IMG/VR virus record: IMGVR_UViG_3300010885_065725
Reading direction: 5' to 3' (one strand)
From: a virus
Taxonomy: Duplodnaviria; Heunggongvirae; Uroviricota; Caudoviricetes
DNA: 29,091 bases
Part shown: piece after piece, positions 27,777 to 29,091 of the stretch
Position numbering within the stretch: the stretch's first letter is position 1
Layout: each line of letters begins with the position of its first letter
Made by a program: the position numbers and the translations under genes
The notes under the pieces: generated by a model
Seen by the model: only the letters and a program-made list of their open reading frames with translations
What the model was told of the DNA's origin: nothing
The model's database searches: none

Positions 27777-28490
27777 TTAAACTTGAGTGTGCACTACGAA
27801 ACCGGAAGTATCTTTTTTTGCTCTTCCTTTTGCATACAATCCAACAATATTGTTTTTTGGGTCTAAGAATCTTAAATCGCTTTCGTCACCGTTAAAAACA
27901 GGCATATCGATGTAAGATGCAGGTAATTCTTTTGTTGCAAATACTACTGCGACATTAAGACCTTCTGCAATTGCTTTTTCTACGTCTGCATCATTTCCAT
28001 CTGCCTTGCTGAAGGTCAAATGATAATTAGAAATGTTTGCAACTTTACGATTCAATACTTTTGTGTAATCATAAAATTGTATTCCTGGAAACATTTCAAA
28101 AATTGTTTTTCCATCTATTTTATATTTTTCCCAAGAAATATCTGAAGTGCCGTTTAATCTGAATACAGGAATCAGTCCAAGTTTCGATGCCTGTTTGATT
28201 GATTTGGTAATGTCGTCTACCAATACCTTCAAAAAGTCTTCGCGGTCATTGATGAACATCAGAGTTTTGCGAATTCTGGCTTGTTGAATCACATTAGTGA
28301 TTTCACCTGTCTTAAACATACCACCACGACCTGCAGTATTCAGGCATGCGGCAATGCATCCTGCTGTCGCTTTTGGGCACACATTGTGACCACTTACATT
28401 GCTGGGTGCAAGATGCAGAATATACGTCATATATCCTTGTTTGGTGCCTTTTAAAGTTTTTGGATTTCCAGTAGAAAGTAATTTAGCCAT
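27777..28490 (-). CDS. GP88-family protein of unknown function (Cys-triad, possibly radical-SAM-like)
   Basis: CPKATAGCIAACLNTAGRG, RLNGTSDISWE, FYDYTK, NYHLTFS, NVAVVF, GDESDLRFLD, VGLYAKG. GAGG SD upstream. Confidence 0.8.
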   Translation of the reverse strand: MAKLLSTGNPKTLKGTKQGYMTYILHLAPSNVSGHNVCPKATAGCIAACLNTAGRGGMFKTGEITNVIQQARIRKTLMFINDREDFLKVLVDDITKSIKQASKLGLIPVFRLNGTSDISWEKYKIDGKTIFEMFPGIQFYDYTKVLNRKVANISNYHLTFSKADGNDADVEKAIAEGLNVAVVFATKELPASYIDMPVFNGDESDLRFLDPKNNIVGLYAKGRAKKDTSGFVVHTQV

Positions 28491-28537
28491 TTTTTGTTGC
28501 CTCTGTGTATGTTTGTTGTTTAAGTGATGTTGTAGCC

Positions 28538-28566
28538 ATTATATTGCACTTCCTTGTGCATATCTA
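28538..28566 (-). promoter_or_regulatory. sigma70-like promoter of the GP88-family gene
   Basis: TAGATA-17 nt-TATAAT; spacer contains tgcac-6 nt-gtgca. Confidence 0.7.
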
Positions 28567-28569
28567 CAA

Positions 28570-28830
28570 TTAAATTTCGTATGTTGTAAATGGTATGCCT
28601 GTCTTCTTTAAATCCTTTATTACACGCAACAAATACTTGTATTTGCGCATTGCTTCAGTTCTTGAAATTTCACCGTCACAGTGCAGGTTTTCTGAACTGG
28701 CTTTGCAGTCGATAGATTCAGCAATTTCTTTTACATCAGATTCAGAAAGGTTGTTGATATCATATAAAGAACCACCAAATAATTGACTCATGCTATTGTT
28801 GCAATCTATATATTCTTTTAATGCTTTCAT
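28570..28830 (-). CDS. Conserved phage hypothetical protein (86 aa)
   Basis: S.ENLHCDGEIS motif (SPENLxCDGE family) recalled from aquatic phages. Confidence 0.85.
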   Translation of the reverse strand: MKALKEYIDCNNSMSQLFGGSLYDINNLSESDVKEIAESIDCKASSENLHCDGEISRTEAMRKYKYLLRVIKDLKKTGIPFTTYEI

Positions 28831-28879
28831 AGTGTCTTCTCTTTTTGTTGAAGTGGATGTTGTTTTTTAATGTTGTGCT

Positions 28880-28909
28880 ATTGTAATTGAAATATTTTGA
28901 AGCTGTCAA
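28880..28909 (-). promoter_or_regulatory. sigma70-type promoter, leftward
   Basis: TTGACA-18 nt-TACAAT. Confidence 0.65.
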
Positions 28910-28933
28910 CAAAAAAATATAATTTATTTTTGT

Positions 28934-28962
28934 TTGACTAAACATAAAAATTAAAATATTAT
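28934..28962 (+). promoter_or_regulatory. sigma70-type promoter, rightward
   Basis: TTGACT-17 nt-TATTAT. Confidence 0.65.
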
Positions 28963-28994
28963 ATGCTACATCAACTTTCAAGTGGGCAAACATC

Positions 28995-29091
28995 ATGGAA
29001 ACATTAAAATATAGTTACAATGTAGAAATAACCTTTAGAGGTAAGAATCCTTCTGTATCTATAACCGAAATTTTTGCATACAATAAAGATG
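28995..29091 (+). CDS. Hypothetical protein (partial, runs off the right edge)
   Basis: METLKYSYNVEITFRGKNPSVSITEIFAYNKD... is open to the window end, downstream of the rightward promoter. Confidence 0.55.
   Translation, partial: METLKYSYNVEITFRGKNPSVSITEIFAYNKD

Overview
AT-rich (about 30% GC by eye) fragment of a tailed dsDNA phage genome in standard code 11, with no integrase, rRNA, tRNA or CRISPR array seen. (1) Positions 1-18427 are one minus-strand, largely translationally coupled operon of virion and receptor-binding-type genes. It holds a tail-fibre-like gene with NTAIG repeats, small fibre-anchor genes and three paralogous beta-sandwich 'partner' genes. It also holds two large proteins that together carry three clan GH-A (GH39/GH5-like) glycoside hydrolase barrels with intact catalytic glutamates. 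These proteins are split by inserted beta modules, and one Thr/Gly-rich module is nested inside copies of itself. (2) Positions 18430-21341 are non-coding DNA with hairpins plus a short plus-strand cluster (small hypotheticals, a metallophosphoesterase, SSB). (3) Positions 21342-28830 are a repeat-rich convergence region followed by a minus-strand cluster of small early-type genes with sigma70-like promoters. Several promoters have the -10 box inside an inverted repeat. This cluster includes a Mom-like adenine-modification gene, a GP88-family gene and an apparently deletion-inactivated pseudogene. A divergent promoter pair and a partial plus-strand gene close the window. All family assignments come from motif recognition, not database searches.
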